From positions 7,564,001 through 7,628,000 of the forward strand of contig OZ176056.1 of assembly GCA_964247055.1 (NCBI GenBank): a stretch of DNA of 64,000 nucleotides, given 5' to 3'. Positions 1 through 12,700 of this stretch are shown here, in pieces. The stretch's first letter is position 1; every line of letters begins with the position of its first letter. The notes below the pieces were generated by a model. The model ran no database searches, was not told the DNA's origin, and saw only the letters and a list, made by a program, of their open reading frames with translations. Origin of the DNA: Paragordius varius (lineage: Eukaryota > Animalia > Nematomorpha). The position numbers were made by a program, and so were the translations under genes.

Positions 1-1213
1 GTTGATGAGAATTGTAAAATTATTAACAATACGTGGTCTGATCTACATGGGAAAATTGACCTTAATATCGATAATTTAAGGTTAACCCCCACACATAATA
101 AGTCACAGGGCAAAGGAAACAACAATAACTTAGCTAACTACAGCAGTGGAAACGTATATGGAACATCGAAAAATCCAAATACTTTTATTATTGGTGCTGG
201 TATAAATTTTTTTACATTTTGGATATAAAAAATTAATCTTTTCAGATCTTACATTTTGGTCCAAAGTATAATGAAATACTGATTAAATTTTTTGAAGTTT
301 AAAAAGGATAGCCTTTAATGAAGGGTAAAAATTAATTGATTAACTTATTGGTTATAGCTAATTTATTATAATTGCTTTAAAACGTTGTTGTTTGTAATCA
401 GTATATTTTGTACTTTAAGTTAACTAAAATGTTAGATTTTATCTTTTTATTAGTTTGATTTTACGTGAATTGTTATTAGTTAACTTTACTTTGTTATAAA
501 AAAACATTTAACAGTTTAAATTAGAAAATACGTTTCAACAACTTTAATTTTTTTAAAAATAAATTTTCCAAATATCTTTTTTTCAATATTTTTTAATATA
601 CCATTTTCACCATTTTTACAAGCAAACGCAACTAAAAAGCGTTTCGATGAAAAATGGTATATATTATGACAGCATAAAAGTGCATTTATAAGGAGTCAAA
701 GACTGCTTATTGTTTTATGATTTCATTTAAAATTCATGAAATCCCTAGATATATATTTATAGTAAAATTTAAAAGGCATAATTTTAAACGACAACCATAT
801 TTACACCTTAATACTTCTTTACTAATTTAAAGTGTTAATACCCTATATCTCCACTCAAAACGATAAGTATTTATATAGAAACAAAATAAATGTTTGGATA
901 ATTTTAGGGTTTTTCTTTAACAAAAAAAATTTTACGTTTTACCCTCTAATTTATATTTTCATTCAATGTTATATTTAAATTTTTCGTATTAGCTACTCCG
1001 AACAAAAGCGTTGTTACACCTGGATATATTAGTTCCAACAATTTTAACACCAGTTCTTTTAATCAAATGACTTCCAATTCATTAACCAATAATAATAATT
1101 ATACTAATAATTCTACTTCCTTCTCTAAAACAGATTTTAAATCGTCAAATTTCATACCAAACTCAACTGTTAAAAATGATAACACTTTAGATTTGTTTGA
1201 TCCTTTGGGCTAA
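1..1213 (+). CDS. 3' end of a probable epsin-related/clathrin interactor (CLINT1/epsinR-like) gene; exons <1-199 and 993-1213
   Basis: Frame 1 reads ...NNTWSDLHGKIDLNIDNLRL..., resembling the TWSD...N(I/L)DLDNL motif I recall from epsinR. The donor G|GTATAA at 199/200 and acceptor TATTAG|CT at 992/993 are both phase 1. The last exon is Asn/Ser-rich and ends DLFDPLG* (TAA 1211-1213), an adaptor-binding-like motif. The ENTH domain is not in the window. Confidence 0.55.
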
Positions 1214-2296
1214 AAAAATATATATTAATATTTTTATAATTTACTTTTCTAAACTTTATGAATTTAAAAAAATATTTTTAATAGATTGAAAAATCAAACA
1301 AAACTTTTTTTAATTCCGTTTTTTAAGGTGCAAATGCAATGTTGTAGTTCATTCCAGTTTTGTTTCTAAAACACAACCATATACAATATGCTTTTATTAA
1401 TCCCTGTAATTTATATTAAATTTAATATATAATATTTTAATGTTAAAATTTTTACTTATATAATGATGGAAGTCACACAAATTTTTAATCATATATGCAC
1501 ACAAAAATTTATTTTAAATAATTAACTAAAAATATATTCCCAATCGCCGCCATTGATTTAAACCGATTGTATTACAATGTTTTTTTTATCATATTTAATT
1601 ATTTTAAAAAATTATATAAAAATAATTTATGGGTTTTTTTCTTAGATTGTAAATGGTGTGTAATGATCATCATCAAAATATGATTTAAGAAGTTTTTAAC
1701 AACAAACACAATAATATAGTATAATTTTGAATTTTTATTAATAAATTTTTAACATATATCTCAATATTCAAGTCTAAAATTATAAGCTAAAAATCTGACA
1801 GTTGATATATTATGGGTTATTTTACGTCGTATATCAATAATAAGCAATAAAGCTATTAATTATATGCTCAATTAAGTTCTTTCAAAAGTTTTTTTATATA
1901 TTATGAAAAATTTAAACTTTAAAATCAAAAAAATAAATATCTAAAAATAATTTGCTCTTTGAAAAGGGTTGTATTATAGAGCTTTAATCCAAATTATAAA
2001 CTTGATAATATTTATTAACGATGATAATAAGATTGCACATGGCACATTGCAATTATATATATGTATAAAAATAAATACTAGATGAGAGTATTAAATTTTT
2101 TCATGGAAGACAGTTTTGATTTTGCGTTCAAAAAAAATTAAAATGGAAGAGTATATTACAATGTAATACAGTAAAAAATTAAATTATACAGTCAAAATGT
2201 AAAAAAAACCAAGACAAATATTTTTTTTAAAAAAATGCCTATCGTTTTTATTGTTTTTTCCATATTAACTATTTATTTACAATTTTGAAACATATA

Positions 2297-2467
2297 CAGT
2301 ATGCATTTCAATGGTTGCTTATTTACACTATAGTAGGGCAATTTGAAACACAACTATATGTGGAAAAAAACAAGGAAATATTTTGTTTATTCAACATTTT
2401 GTTGTTTTTCCATAAACTACTGTGTTAATAGATATTGTGAAATAAGCAACCATTAAAATGGAGACTG
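2297..2467. mobile_element. Tc1/mariner-type MITE nested in family A copy
   Basis: TA|CAGTATGCATTTCAATGGTTGCTTATTT ... AAATAAGCAACCATTAAAATGGAGACTG|TA: terminal inverted repeats with TA flanks. Confidence 0.7.
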
Positions 2468-2489
2468 TAATTGAGTTTAATCATTTATA

Positions 2490-2654
2490 CAGTAGCGTAT
2501 GCAGTAAAAGATTGTTAGTGCAAAATAATCTTAAACAGGGGGACAATTTTTATATATTAATTATCATTCAGTCCTATTTATAAACATATCCATAATATCC
2601 CCCTGTTTTTTAAGATTATTTTGCACTAACAATCTTTTACTGCATACGCTACTG
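2490..2654. mobile_element. Tc1/mariner-type MITE with near-perfect ~55-bp TIRs
   Basis: TA|CAGTAGCGTATGCAGTAAAAGATTGTTAGTGCAAAATAATCTTAAA mirrored by TTTAAGATTATTTTGCACTAACAATCTTTTACTGCATACGCTACTG|TA. Confidence 0.85.
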
Positions 2655-3918
2655 TAATATAAATTCCCTTGTACCTATGAGTTATATCTAAAAAACTCAA
2701 ATGTTTAAAAGTATTGTTGTCTTTTCTTCAAAAAAATATTTGTCTTTATGTTTTTACATTCTGTCAGTATAATTACAATTTTACTGTAATAAAAAAATGT
2801 CAAATTAAAAATTAAGATTGATTTGTGCCCATTGGAATAGTTTTGGGATATAGATGAGATTTTTTCATGACGGAAGCATAGGAGGGTGGGGGTTGATTTA
2901 TAACATAAATATCTATAGTGTGTAATTAAAAAAGATTAACCTTTATAAGATGCAATATAAAAATTACTTTTGTTGATAGACATACAAATATTTTGTCAAA
3001 ATTGTTTTTACCATTGTGTACATTCTTTTCAAACATAAACGCAAATTTTCATGACATTTACAACAAGGAGCCTATTAAAATTTAGAACCAAAAACTGGAA
3101 CCTTTTTTACAAAAAGAATTGAGTTTTTAAAAACCGTTCGTTTTATATTAAACCAGTTTTTTAACCAGTTTAAAGCGCCAGGAATGTAAACTAGTTTTAT
3201 TCAACAGTCAAAAGTAAATTTATCTACTGACATTCCTATATAATTATAGAAAATCTGTTAACAATCGAAAAACGCTCGCAAATTACGGGAAAATTGGCCA
3301 ATGTGCGAAAAAACGGTTTCTATTTCTACCGCCCATATGATAATCTCTATAAGATATAATAAATCAACGTTTGTAAACACTTTACTATATACCGCGTTTG
3401 CGACATATTTTAAAATTAGGTATACATCATAAACAAATTTTTACATAAGTTTACTCATATATATATGCCATTGGCTACAAAAAACTAACTTGTACACATT
3501 TATTAAAATATGCTCTGGTTTACAAGTGCTAAAAAGTCCCGTAAGGTTCTCACGTGCTGCTTTGGAGAATTTTTTATGTGAATGTGTTCAGATGAACACA
3601 GGCGAACTTTTGATCCTGATCCATTTATTAATATATAAGTATATATCTCTCACCAACTATGTTTTAATTATCAGGGCTTAAAGAAATGTTTTTTGGAGAA
3701 TAATGGCATAGTGTTTTTCTGTAAAATGATATATATATATATATATATATATAAAAGTAGCGAATGGCGATTTATTCGTAACTGGCAACTTTCATAGACG
3801 AATGTACGCATACTAAATGTAGTATATGTCCTCAAAATCGTTTCATAAATTACAATCTATGAACACAATTCCCTGCCAAAATGTTTTAAAATTGAAAAAA
3901 GCATATATATTTGGGATA

Positions 3919-3920
<2 letters not shown>

Positions 3921-3969
<49 letters not shown>
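3921..3969. repeat. (TA)n microsatellite; similar runs near 3728, 20633, 25336, 27049, 27752, 31149 and 38220
   Basis: Direct reading of the sequence. Confidence 0.95.
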
Positions 3970-3972
<3 letters not shown>

Positions 3973-4157
3973 CATGAGTAAGTATAAATTTCTAGAAAGT
4001 TATTAATTATTGCCAAATAGCATATGCAGCAAACTATCATTGGCTTATAATAGTAAAAAAATAAAAAAATAATTATAATCCAATACTGCCCTTTGTTGTA
4101 TATGCTATTTGGCAAAAATTAATAATTTTCTATCAATGTATACTTATACTCATACTA
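3970..4157. mobile_element. MITE family C copy inserted at the edge of a TA run
   Basis: Long imperfect TIRs (CAGCATGAGTAAGTATA ... TATACTTATACTCATACTA); homologous to 12507-12700. Confidence 0.7.
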
Positions 4158-4170
4158 TATATATAAGGGA

Positions 4171-7100
4171 TTATTTTAACAATTTGTTTGAAAATATAAT
4201 AAGTTTACTGGTTAATCCTTGACGCGGGCTTTGACGATTTTTTCGGGCTAGATTGAGCAAACATAAACTTTTAATGAAAGAGATGCAACATTGTTTACGA
4301 TTTGGGGCATGAATACATACCAACAAGATACCCATGCATAACAGTATAAAACCAAATGCTAAACGATGAAAAAAAATATTAGATTTAGAATTCCATTTTT
4401 AAAATTTTAGAATTATTTTAATGAATATCTTAATTTTATCCGTGTTAATAATTAATTTAAAAGTTTTAAATTAATTTTTTTTAGAATTTAGTTATTAAAA
4501 GCGGGTAAATTGTCGGTTCTTTTAGAGTTATATTCTCAAAATGTTATGTGAAAATAAAATTATCGAATTATCTTATGAATGAGCAGGTTTTAATCTAAAA
4601 TAAATCTAGTTTATTGTTAAAAACTCTATTTAATAAGATAAGTTAGGTTTTGGACGCAGATATATTTGGATGGAGTTTATTTACTTAGTTAATCACTTAA
4701 AATTTATAATGTAGCCTGTCCTAATTTTTTGTGGCGAAAATTAGCGATATCTTTTCAATTAATTACTTAAAATTGATAAGAAATATTTTTTCTTAATCAA
4801 TACTTTTTTTTCCAAAAATATAATGTGCAATCCTTGGGTTGAACTTTTTAATTTTTAAACATTTTAGATTCCAATATCTCTATTCAATTTTTAAATTAAT
4901 TATTTTTTCAAATGATCTTTTTATATAGTTTTGACAGCTTTTTCTTCATTAGTTAGCCTCTAAAGTCACACAAGATGTGATGTCTTAACTTATCTTTTAA
5001 TAAAATTATATGTATACATCCATATAAATTATTTATAAGATCTTTTTAGTAGTATATAGATAAAAAATGTCAACTATAATACAGTTATCTAATTTTTTTA
5101 CAAAACAAAGTTACATCCAATGACACATTACTTAGGTAATTAATTTGTTTCAAATACATGTATATAACATTTTGATTAATTAAATTATATGTACAAGGTT
5201 TGTGGTGTTTTTTGGTTATCAAAAGATTTTTTGTGGAGATTAAACTCTTGGTAAAACTAATTTTTATAATTAAAAAAAACACAAAAAGGATGTTTAAAAA
5301 ATTTATATATTTAAAAATTGGACTCCGGACAAAACGTAAAAATATAAATACAGATATTTTTTCAAGAGACAACATAATTTTTTAAACTTGAATTAATATA
5401 AAATATAATCCATCGTCTTAAACGTAAAATATTAATTAGAGATGTAAGTTGGTAAATTACATTATTTATAATATAAAATTGTAAAAATTCTTTATATAAA
5501 TAAGGTTTAAAAAGTATGGCGTTCTTTAGGGAAAAAAACATTTGTTTTTATGTATTTACGTTTTGTCCGTATAATTTCATTTTTTATTGTATGTATAAAA
5601 ATATTTAATTCAAATACATTTTATTCAAAATTACCTGCAAAACACATTGATATGATATGGAAAATATTTATATCGTGGACTGAAAAATGTTTAGATTGAA
5701 TCTTTTGTGGGACAACTTTGCTAGCAGAAAACTGTTGTTCAGGTCGGGTAGTTCCAGAATTTCTAAGTTCCCCCAACATGCCAAACGTAATAGATAGAAT
5801 GAGTTGAACGAAAGCAATTGAAAGCAAGATTATAGCATAATGGGTAGCAGCTACTCTTTTGTATGTTAAGTCTTTTGGGTAATGGCCCAAATCCTATACA
5901 GAGGGAGTAGCGAAAAAAAAATTAATTTGCAAAAAAATGAAACAGAGTTATTAAAAAATAGTTTTTAACAATGTCCATTAAACACTTAATGCCAAAGCTT
6001 AATGAATAACAAAAAAACGTATTTACAAGAACTTAATAAACCCTATTTTCAATAAACATAAAAAATTAATTTTGAAGATTAAACTTAACCATTAATAAAG
6101 CTCAAAAGCTATAAAAATAGGCTCATTGATTATAATGTATCACCCATTTTATTGCATAATGGTTTGAAATACAGAAAATATTTCATTTCAATTATAGGGT
6201 GAAACAGCGGAACGCAATTTGTCATCCCAAAGATTTAAATGGAAAAATTATTAGATTGAAAATTTCAAATGTCTTTATGAAACTACTGCTAAAATTATAC
6301 TTAAATTTCTGATCTAGCTATGATTTAAACCAGGGGTGCATACCATTTTTCAGTCGAAAGCAACATTTTCATATCTAAACCGAACTTAAAATGTTGCTTT
6401 AGATTGAAAAGTGGTATAAATACAAATTTCACAATTTTAATATGTTAAATTGATATTAACGAGTTTTCTAAATAATTTTTTCCAATTGACAACGAGTCGG
6501 AAAATATTAGTAGGATCAATAGTAATTTGTGTGTATTAAATATTTTGTCTCTCTGGGTTTTTTGAGTCAAAAATGCGGTCGGTCCGAGAAACTTTTTACG
6601 TTGGACACCTAAATTAAACAAAAACATAATCCGATTTTCAATTTTTAATGACGAGGCCCTTTTTTAGGGTAGGGAAAACTTACGATCTGATGCAAAAAGC
6701 GGTTGTTTCTCATCATTTTTGCAGATAAAAATTGGTAACTTGACTTTAATATAAATTTTAAGGCATGTTACGCTTTGAAACACTATACCAATTTTAGTGG
6801 TTACCCCTGGTTTCGATAATGGAATGAAGATTTTAAACATACTTTTACGGCAAAAATATTACATTATTGCTTAGAAATCAATTATAAGAGTGATTTATTT
6901 TTATTTGAAATATGGAAATATAAATAGGATTCCCCATATTTTTTGGAACAAATATTGTATTTTCTAAAACCACACTAAATTAATATTTCACATTAGTATT
7001 GGTACAGAGTTAAATTAAAGTTTAAAAAATTTGAAAAATAATATAAAAACCCAGATAATTAGATAAATAAAAGTATAGAAATTCTAAAAAATAAATAAAT

Positions 7101-7437
7101 CTACCTGTGAAACGGCACGTAAATAACTTTCATTGGGTCGTGTCCTTTGAATTTCTCCATCAGTAGTATACTGGTAAAAATTATTATAATTATTGTAATT
7201 CCAAAAAATATCATTAAAGTTATCTATATTGCTATTGTTCTGAGTTTGGCTTAGATTTAAATAATTTAACTGATCAATATTTAGATTTTCGTGGTTTTGA
7301 GGCTCCATTTCTGCATTAATATTTGGATTTGAGATGGAATTTCTAGAATTTTCATTATTGCTGACGTCTTGAAGTTGATTAAAATTTATTAAGTGAGTAT
7401 TATTATAAAAATTAGATGTAGAATCTGGAGGGCTCAT
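4171..7437 (-). CDS. Unrecognised protein with an Asn-rich N-terminus and two predicted TM segments (~259 aa); exons 7437-7105, 5893-5635, 4358-4171 (3' end uncertain)
   Basis: Junctions CAG|GTAGAT (phase 0) to TATAG|GAT and GCAG|GTAATT (phase 1) to TTTAG|CA keep one frame. Hydrophobic runs are YAIILLSIAFVQLILSITFGML and IFHIISMCFAGAFGFILLCMGILLVCI. A donor at 4209/4208 could instead splice to an exon near 3510-3690. Confidence 0.7.
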
Positions 7438-7745
7438 GACAAATTAACTGTAAAAAAGTAAGTATTTGATAGTTTTTTTTTAAATTTTTTAAGGAATAGT
7501 TAAATTAATCTTGTTAAAAATGTATCTGAATGGCCAAAATATAAAATATAAAACAAATATAAAAAAATATGTTGGAAAAAAATTTAATTAAAAAATTTAT
7601 CTCGATATATTTATATTAGGGCATTCTTCTAGCCTTTGTATCAAGGGAAAACACATTTGTTTTATCCATCTTTATGAAGCCAATGTGTTTTTCCATGTGA
7701 AATTATTTACAAAAAAATAGATATAAAAAATGTCATCTTTTATTA

Positions 7746-8096
7746 CAGAAGCGTATAGTAACAAACAACAAATGGTTGAAATTAAACATTGTGTCCCCCA
7801 ACTTTAATTATTTAATTATGTCAAAACTATTTACCATAAGCTACTGTATATCAAAAACACATATATAAAAATGCCATGTGGAAATATTTAAATATCTATT
7901 TATAAATATCTATCAATATGTAAGGTTATGCCATTTGTATAAAAAATTAAATTCCCTATAAAACCACTTGAAAAACATACATTTTATATATATATAAAAG
8001 AGTATGGCATAATGAAATGTCTATAATCAAATAATGTTAAAACATGAGGAAAAGTGTTTAATTCAACCATTTGTTGTTTATTACCATACCCTATTG
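7746..8096. mobile_element. TA-flanked MITE with ~45-bp TIRs
   Basis: TA|CAGAAGCGTATAGTAACAAACAACAAATGGTTGAAATTAAACA versus TGTTTAATTCAACCATTTGTTGTTTATTACCATACCCTATTG|TA. Confidence 0.7.
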
Positions 8097-9143
8097 TATA
8101 GTATTGCAATCGATTCATTTTGGATATATATATATAGAATAATTTCTAATATTTTTAAACATTCTTAAATTTTTATATATCATCTATTACAAAACAGTGT
8201 CTATTTATCATTACACAAAAATTACATCTAAAAATCAATACATACAGAAAAAAATATATAATAATATAAATAAAATTTTTCTATAATATAAAAAATGGTC
8301 ATCACTAATTTGAAAGCCTAATAAGGGAACATTTTTTATCTATATTTTCCATAAACTTCCTTGATTTAATCCCCCTTTTGATATTTATATAACATTTTAC
8401 AGATCCTGATAAGATATGCATGGCGTCTTTTTATTAGATATTTAAATATAAATAGCACACTAGACTTATGAATGTAATAAAGATGTCCATGTTTAATATA
8501 TATTAAAAGAATGTTGGATTTAAAATCCTCGTATGGCTTTTTAAATAATTTTATAGAGATAGAGTGAGTGAATTTTTCATTTTGGAATGATTGTTTTGGG
8601 AGCTAATTTTTGAAAAATTTTATTTAACTATTCAAAATTTCCAACTATATCCTTAAAAAACACATATAATATATTTTAATCGATGTACTTGGCTTGAAAA
8701 GCATACCCTAAGATTGATTGTAAACTAAAAATAAAAATGAAAATTAAGTATTCATTTACCGACTATATCGGGTCACTTTTTTTAAGTAGCCTTTTAAGAT
8801 ATGCCTGTGGAAAACGGATTCTTTTTATAAAATCCTTAAAAATCGTCTTAAATACAATTATCATGTTAAAAAAATATCAATCAAATTAAAACTATTTTTA
8901 TCTTTCGTCAAATGCCTTTCTGAAAAATTACATTATCTTAAAAGAACATTAACATTTTGGTAAATCTTTGCCCAATATAAAAAAATATAAAAAAATTAAT
9001 AATCATTTTAGGTATTTCAAGTATGAAGACAAAATTTGTAGTCAAGTACTTTTTTATATTCACTGTAGGACTCCCTAAGTTACTTCGCTACCACAAAATA
9101 ACGTGGCCTAGATCCTTTTTTCGGAAAGGCCTATAAAAGGTCA

Positions 9144-10844
9144 TCTATATATTTATAAAAATGGAAAATGCTGGCTTTGTGATCTGGTACAGGAAAACCG
9201 GTAGACCCAATCAAATCCAAATATCGAAAAAAAATAATCATTAATAAATGTCCCGACAATAGCTTCGCCCTTTTTTTGAAATAGGCCCCCTGTTCGGGCC
9301 CACCCCGTATGAAAAACATAAGTCCACAAAATCGTGTTTTTGAGACAATTTTCCGGAGAACGTGTTGGACCATTCAATTTCAAATATGATTTTTGTTTAC
9401 TTATTTTCGATTGCGCCGAACATAGTCGAGTCACTTTTTTGATTTAGGCCCTCTTTTTACCCGCTCCCCCCGTAAAATGCCATTTTTTTCAAAAAAAAAA
9501 GTCCACAAAAATATTTTTTTAAATCGATTTTTCGCCTTAGGTATGAGATCGTAAAAATTCAATAAAGATTCCACGTATTCCCTGTTAAAAGGCAAAAATT
9601 TTAGTCAAGCGTTTCTTGGATGATAGCTGTTGGGTAAGGAGCTACCCGCTAAAAACTGATTTCTCATGTAACTTTGTGACCTGTTTCCGGAAAACCGGTG
9701 AAGCCGTTCAAATCCAAACATCGAAAAAATATAATCATAAATAAATGTCCCGACAATAGCTTCGCCCGTTTTTGGAATTAGGTCCCCAGTTTGGGCCCAC
9801 CCCGTGTGAAAAATGGGTTAAGTCAATTTTTTGGAGAACGTGTTGGACCATTCAATTTCAAATATGATTTTAGTTTACTTATTTTCGATTGCGCCGAACA
9901 TAGTCGAGTCACTTTTTTGATTTAGGCCCTCTTTTTACCCGCTCCCCCCGTAAAATGCCATATTTTTCAAAAAAAACAAAGTCCACAAAAATATTTTTTT
10001 GATTGTTTTTTTTTGCCCATGGTATGAGACTGTAAAAATTCGATAAAGATTTTTCGTATTGCCTGTTAAAAGGCAAAAATTTCAGTCAAGCGTTTCTTTG
10101 ATGATAGATGCTGAGTAAGGAGTATCTATCATATGTATAGCATGTTAAAAGATATATGGATATTAATACATTATTTATGGTAATCTATATATTTATAAAA
10201 ATGGAAAATGCTGGCTTTGTGATCTGGTAAAGGAAAACCGGTAGACCCAATCAAATCCAAATATCGAAAAAAAATAATCATTAATAAATGTCCCGACAAT
10301 AGCTTCGCCCTTTTTTTGAAATAGGCCCCCTGTTCGGGCCCACCCCGTATGAAAAACGGGTTTTTTTAAAAAACAGAAGTCCACAAAATCGTGTTTTTGA
10401 GACAATTTTCCGGAGAACGTGTTGGACCATTCAATTTCAAATATGATTTTTGTTTACTTATTTTTGATCGCGCTGAACATAGTCGACTCACTTTTTTGAT
10501 TTAGGCCCTCTTTTTCCCCGCTATCCCCGTAAAATGCCATTTTTTTCAAAAAACAAAGTCCACAAAAATAATTTTTTAAATCTATTTTTCGCCCTAAGTA
10601 TGAGACAGTAAAAATTCAATAAAGATTCCACGTATTCCCTGTTAAAAGGCAAAAATTTTAGTCAGGCGTTTCTTTGATAATAGCTGCTGGGTAAGGAGCT
10701 ACCCGCTAAAAACTGATTTCTCATGTAACTTTGTGATCTGTTTCCGGAAAACCGGTAGACCCATTCAAATCCAAACTTCGAAACCCCCCCCCAGAAGTCC
10801 GAAGGACTTCCTCGGGCTGCGTAGCAGCACGAGATTTACGCTAG
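9144..10844 (+). mobile_element. Non-autonomous Helitron, compound copy 1 (three ~400-500-bp internal units, second internal 5' end at 10184)
   Basis: Begins A|TCTATATATTTATAAAAATGG and ends in hairpins GAAGTCC-GAA-GGACTTC and CTCGGGCTGC-GTA-GCAGCACGAG, then ATTTACGCTAG|T. The A/T insertion site, 5'-TC, 3'-CTAG and subterminal hairpin are canonical Helitron hallmarks. There is no TSD. Confidence 0.85.
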
Positions 10845-10944
10845 TATTCAATAATAATTTTGGGGATACCTATTTTATAGCAAAAAATAAAATTTTAATT
10901 TTTTACAGGGTTTGGTCCGGAGTCTATAAATATCAAATAAAATT

Positions 10945-11456
10945 CCTTGTGGCTTGGTTAAAATTTAATATTTCAAAAAATATGGAATAAATTGAAACCT
11001 TGGCAAAAGTTTGCACTTATATAACATTAATAAACCGGCATATAACAAAAATTTTATTCAATACTTGATATTACTGATTTAGAGGTAAAACCCAAAAGAA
11101 AATTTAGCCAGCATGAAATGTATGCCTTAGCTAACTACATTAATGCAAAATATATCACTTTTTCTCCTTATATCAATGTTAAATGTGATTTTAATAAAAA
11201 AGTAAACTTATTTTTAAGCCTAGAATCAATACGATATTTCGCAAAAATGTTGTAAGATAAAAAGGGCGTCCAAGTAGTTAGATACGGAACTTTTTTCCGA
11301 AGCTATTTATTTAGATATATTGGCTCTTTTATAAAATTTTTATTATGATATAAGCAAAAATTTAAATTGGGACCGTTTTTTTCAGTAGTTTTTTAAAAAT
11401 ATCAATTTAAATATTTTCTGGGGTATTTAGTAGATACCCCAATTTGAATCGAAGTG
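10945..11456. mobile_element. TTAA-flanked (piggyBac-like) MITE family D, one end missing
   Basis: Right end AGATACCCCAATTTGAATCGAAGTG|TTAA; the body matches copies at 49679, 50710 and 58063. Confidence 0.65.
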
Positions 11457-12506
11457 TTAATTTAGAGAAAAGATTGCTTAAAAAGGTATGGTTGGCCCTT
11501 ATAAAAAGCATTTGTTATTATGTTTTTTACGTTTTGTCTGTATAGTTTCAATATTTATTGAATTTAAAAAATATTGGAAAATATAATAATTTTTATATTT
11601 GTTTAAATATAATATCCGCATTTTCATTTATTAATTAAATATACATCGTCTATATGCAGTATATACATTAATCTTTTCAAGTGGTTATACGGCCTTTGTT
11701 TAAAATGAAATTGCAAATGGGAACAATAATATTATTGATTTATTAAATTCAATTGTCCACACTTTATATATGTTTTTATAGCTTAAAAAATGATATATTA
11801 TTTCCAAATACGCTTTCTCCGGATTCTGTTGGATAATGCGAAAAAGTTACAATTTGACCTATTCGACTTGTATGTTTAACAACGTGTCAAGTAGGGGTAA
11901 TATATTTTTAGGCAATCTTTTGTTAAGCATCATGAAATTTTTTATTTATCAGAATTTGATGGTCAAAAGTTACTGAGAAAATCTACCATGTTCAATTTTA
12001 TAATTGAATATAAATTATAAAAATATTTACAGTAATCAAATTGGGCCTAAAACTCAATAGTAAAGGTCACTCTCGGAAAATTTTTGCTTAATGTGAAATT
12101 ATATTTTTATATATGTGATCAGTATGGGTTTAGGGGATTTTTAACCATTATCTTGCCACCTTTTACGATAAATCCAATACTATAGTTGTTTATTCGGCTA
12201 ATAAAAAGGCAGTATCAAAATTTTAAATAAGGTTTGAGTTTTGTTGAGAAGTTTAAGTCTATTTTTATTACTCTAGTGAAAACGAATTTAGAGCAAGGCA
12301 CTTAACAAAAAAACATTTAAGGGCCGCAAAAAATATTTATCTTCACCAAATAATACGGATAATTTTTGGCTTATGAGACATTAACAAATATTTAAACTCA
12401 AAATAATTATATCTAAATATTTATTATATTCAGGGCGTCGGTTTCAGTACCACAATGATTTAAAGCATTGTTATTAAGCATGGAACTCAAATTTTAGTAA
12501 CTGTTA

Positions 12507-12700
12507 CAGTGTGAGTAAGTATACATTGCTGGAAACTCCTAAATAACTGCCAAATAGTAAATACAACAAAGGGCAGTATTATTGGCTTATAGTTATATTT
12601 TTTACTTTTTACTATCATAAGCCAATAATACTGCCCTTTGTTGTATTTACTATTTGGCAATAATTAATAACTTTCTAGCAATGTATACTTACTCATTCTG
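12507..12700. mobile_element. MITE family C (~85-bp TIRs)
   Basis: TA|CAGTGTGAGTAAGTATACATTGCT...GGGCAGTATTATTGGCTTAT is mirrored by ATAAGCCAATAATACTGCCC...AGCAATGTATACTTACTCATTCTG. Confidence 0.8.

Larger units (their letters stand above)
2169..2786. mobile_element. MITE family A copy (TA|CAGT...ACTG|TA) carrying two nested MITEs
   Basis: Left end TA|CAGTAAAAAATTAAATTATACAGTCAAAATG and right end CATTCTGTCAGTATAATTACAATTTTACTG|TA. Removing the two inserts leaves ~280 bp, the size of intact copies at 37798 and 39207. Confidence 0.7.

Noticed and set aside
3843-4115. 90-aa ORF with YIYIYI run (also 5085, 5200, 19334, 37767, 43864, 50120, 50936, 58019 and 63345)
   Set aside because: These are open frames running through TA microsatellites, MITEs or minisatellites in AT-rich DNA.
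6327-6813. Putative hAT MITE bounded by AAACCAGGGGT / ACCCCTGGTTT with an internal hairpin
   Set aside because: Only an 11-bp inverted match, no TSD and no second copy in the window.
9012-9143. Apparent exon / 23-nt intron (9046-9068) / exon on the + strand
   Set aside because: All three frames hit a stop before or shortly after the putative junction, and I found no supporting gene model.
9131-10405. Recurrent ~70-100-aa ORFs (MTRLCSAQSK...HTGWARTGGLFQKKGEAIVG...), also at 24274, 29770, 29831, 30822 and 52499
   Set aside because: They lie antisense within the Helitron unit and shift frame at homopolymer runs between copies. There are no Rep/helicase motifs, so the recurrence reflects the repeat, not a conserved protein.
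9144-10844. CRISPR-like or satellite interpretation of the repeated units
   Set aside because: The units are ~500 bp without unique spacers, lie between Helitron termini and sit in eukaryotic intron-rich DNA; no cas genes are present.
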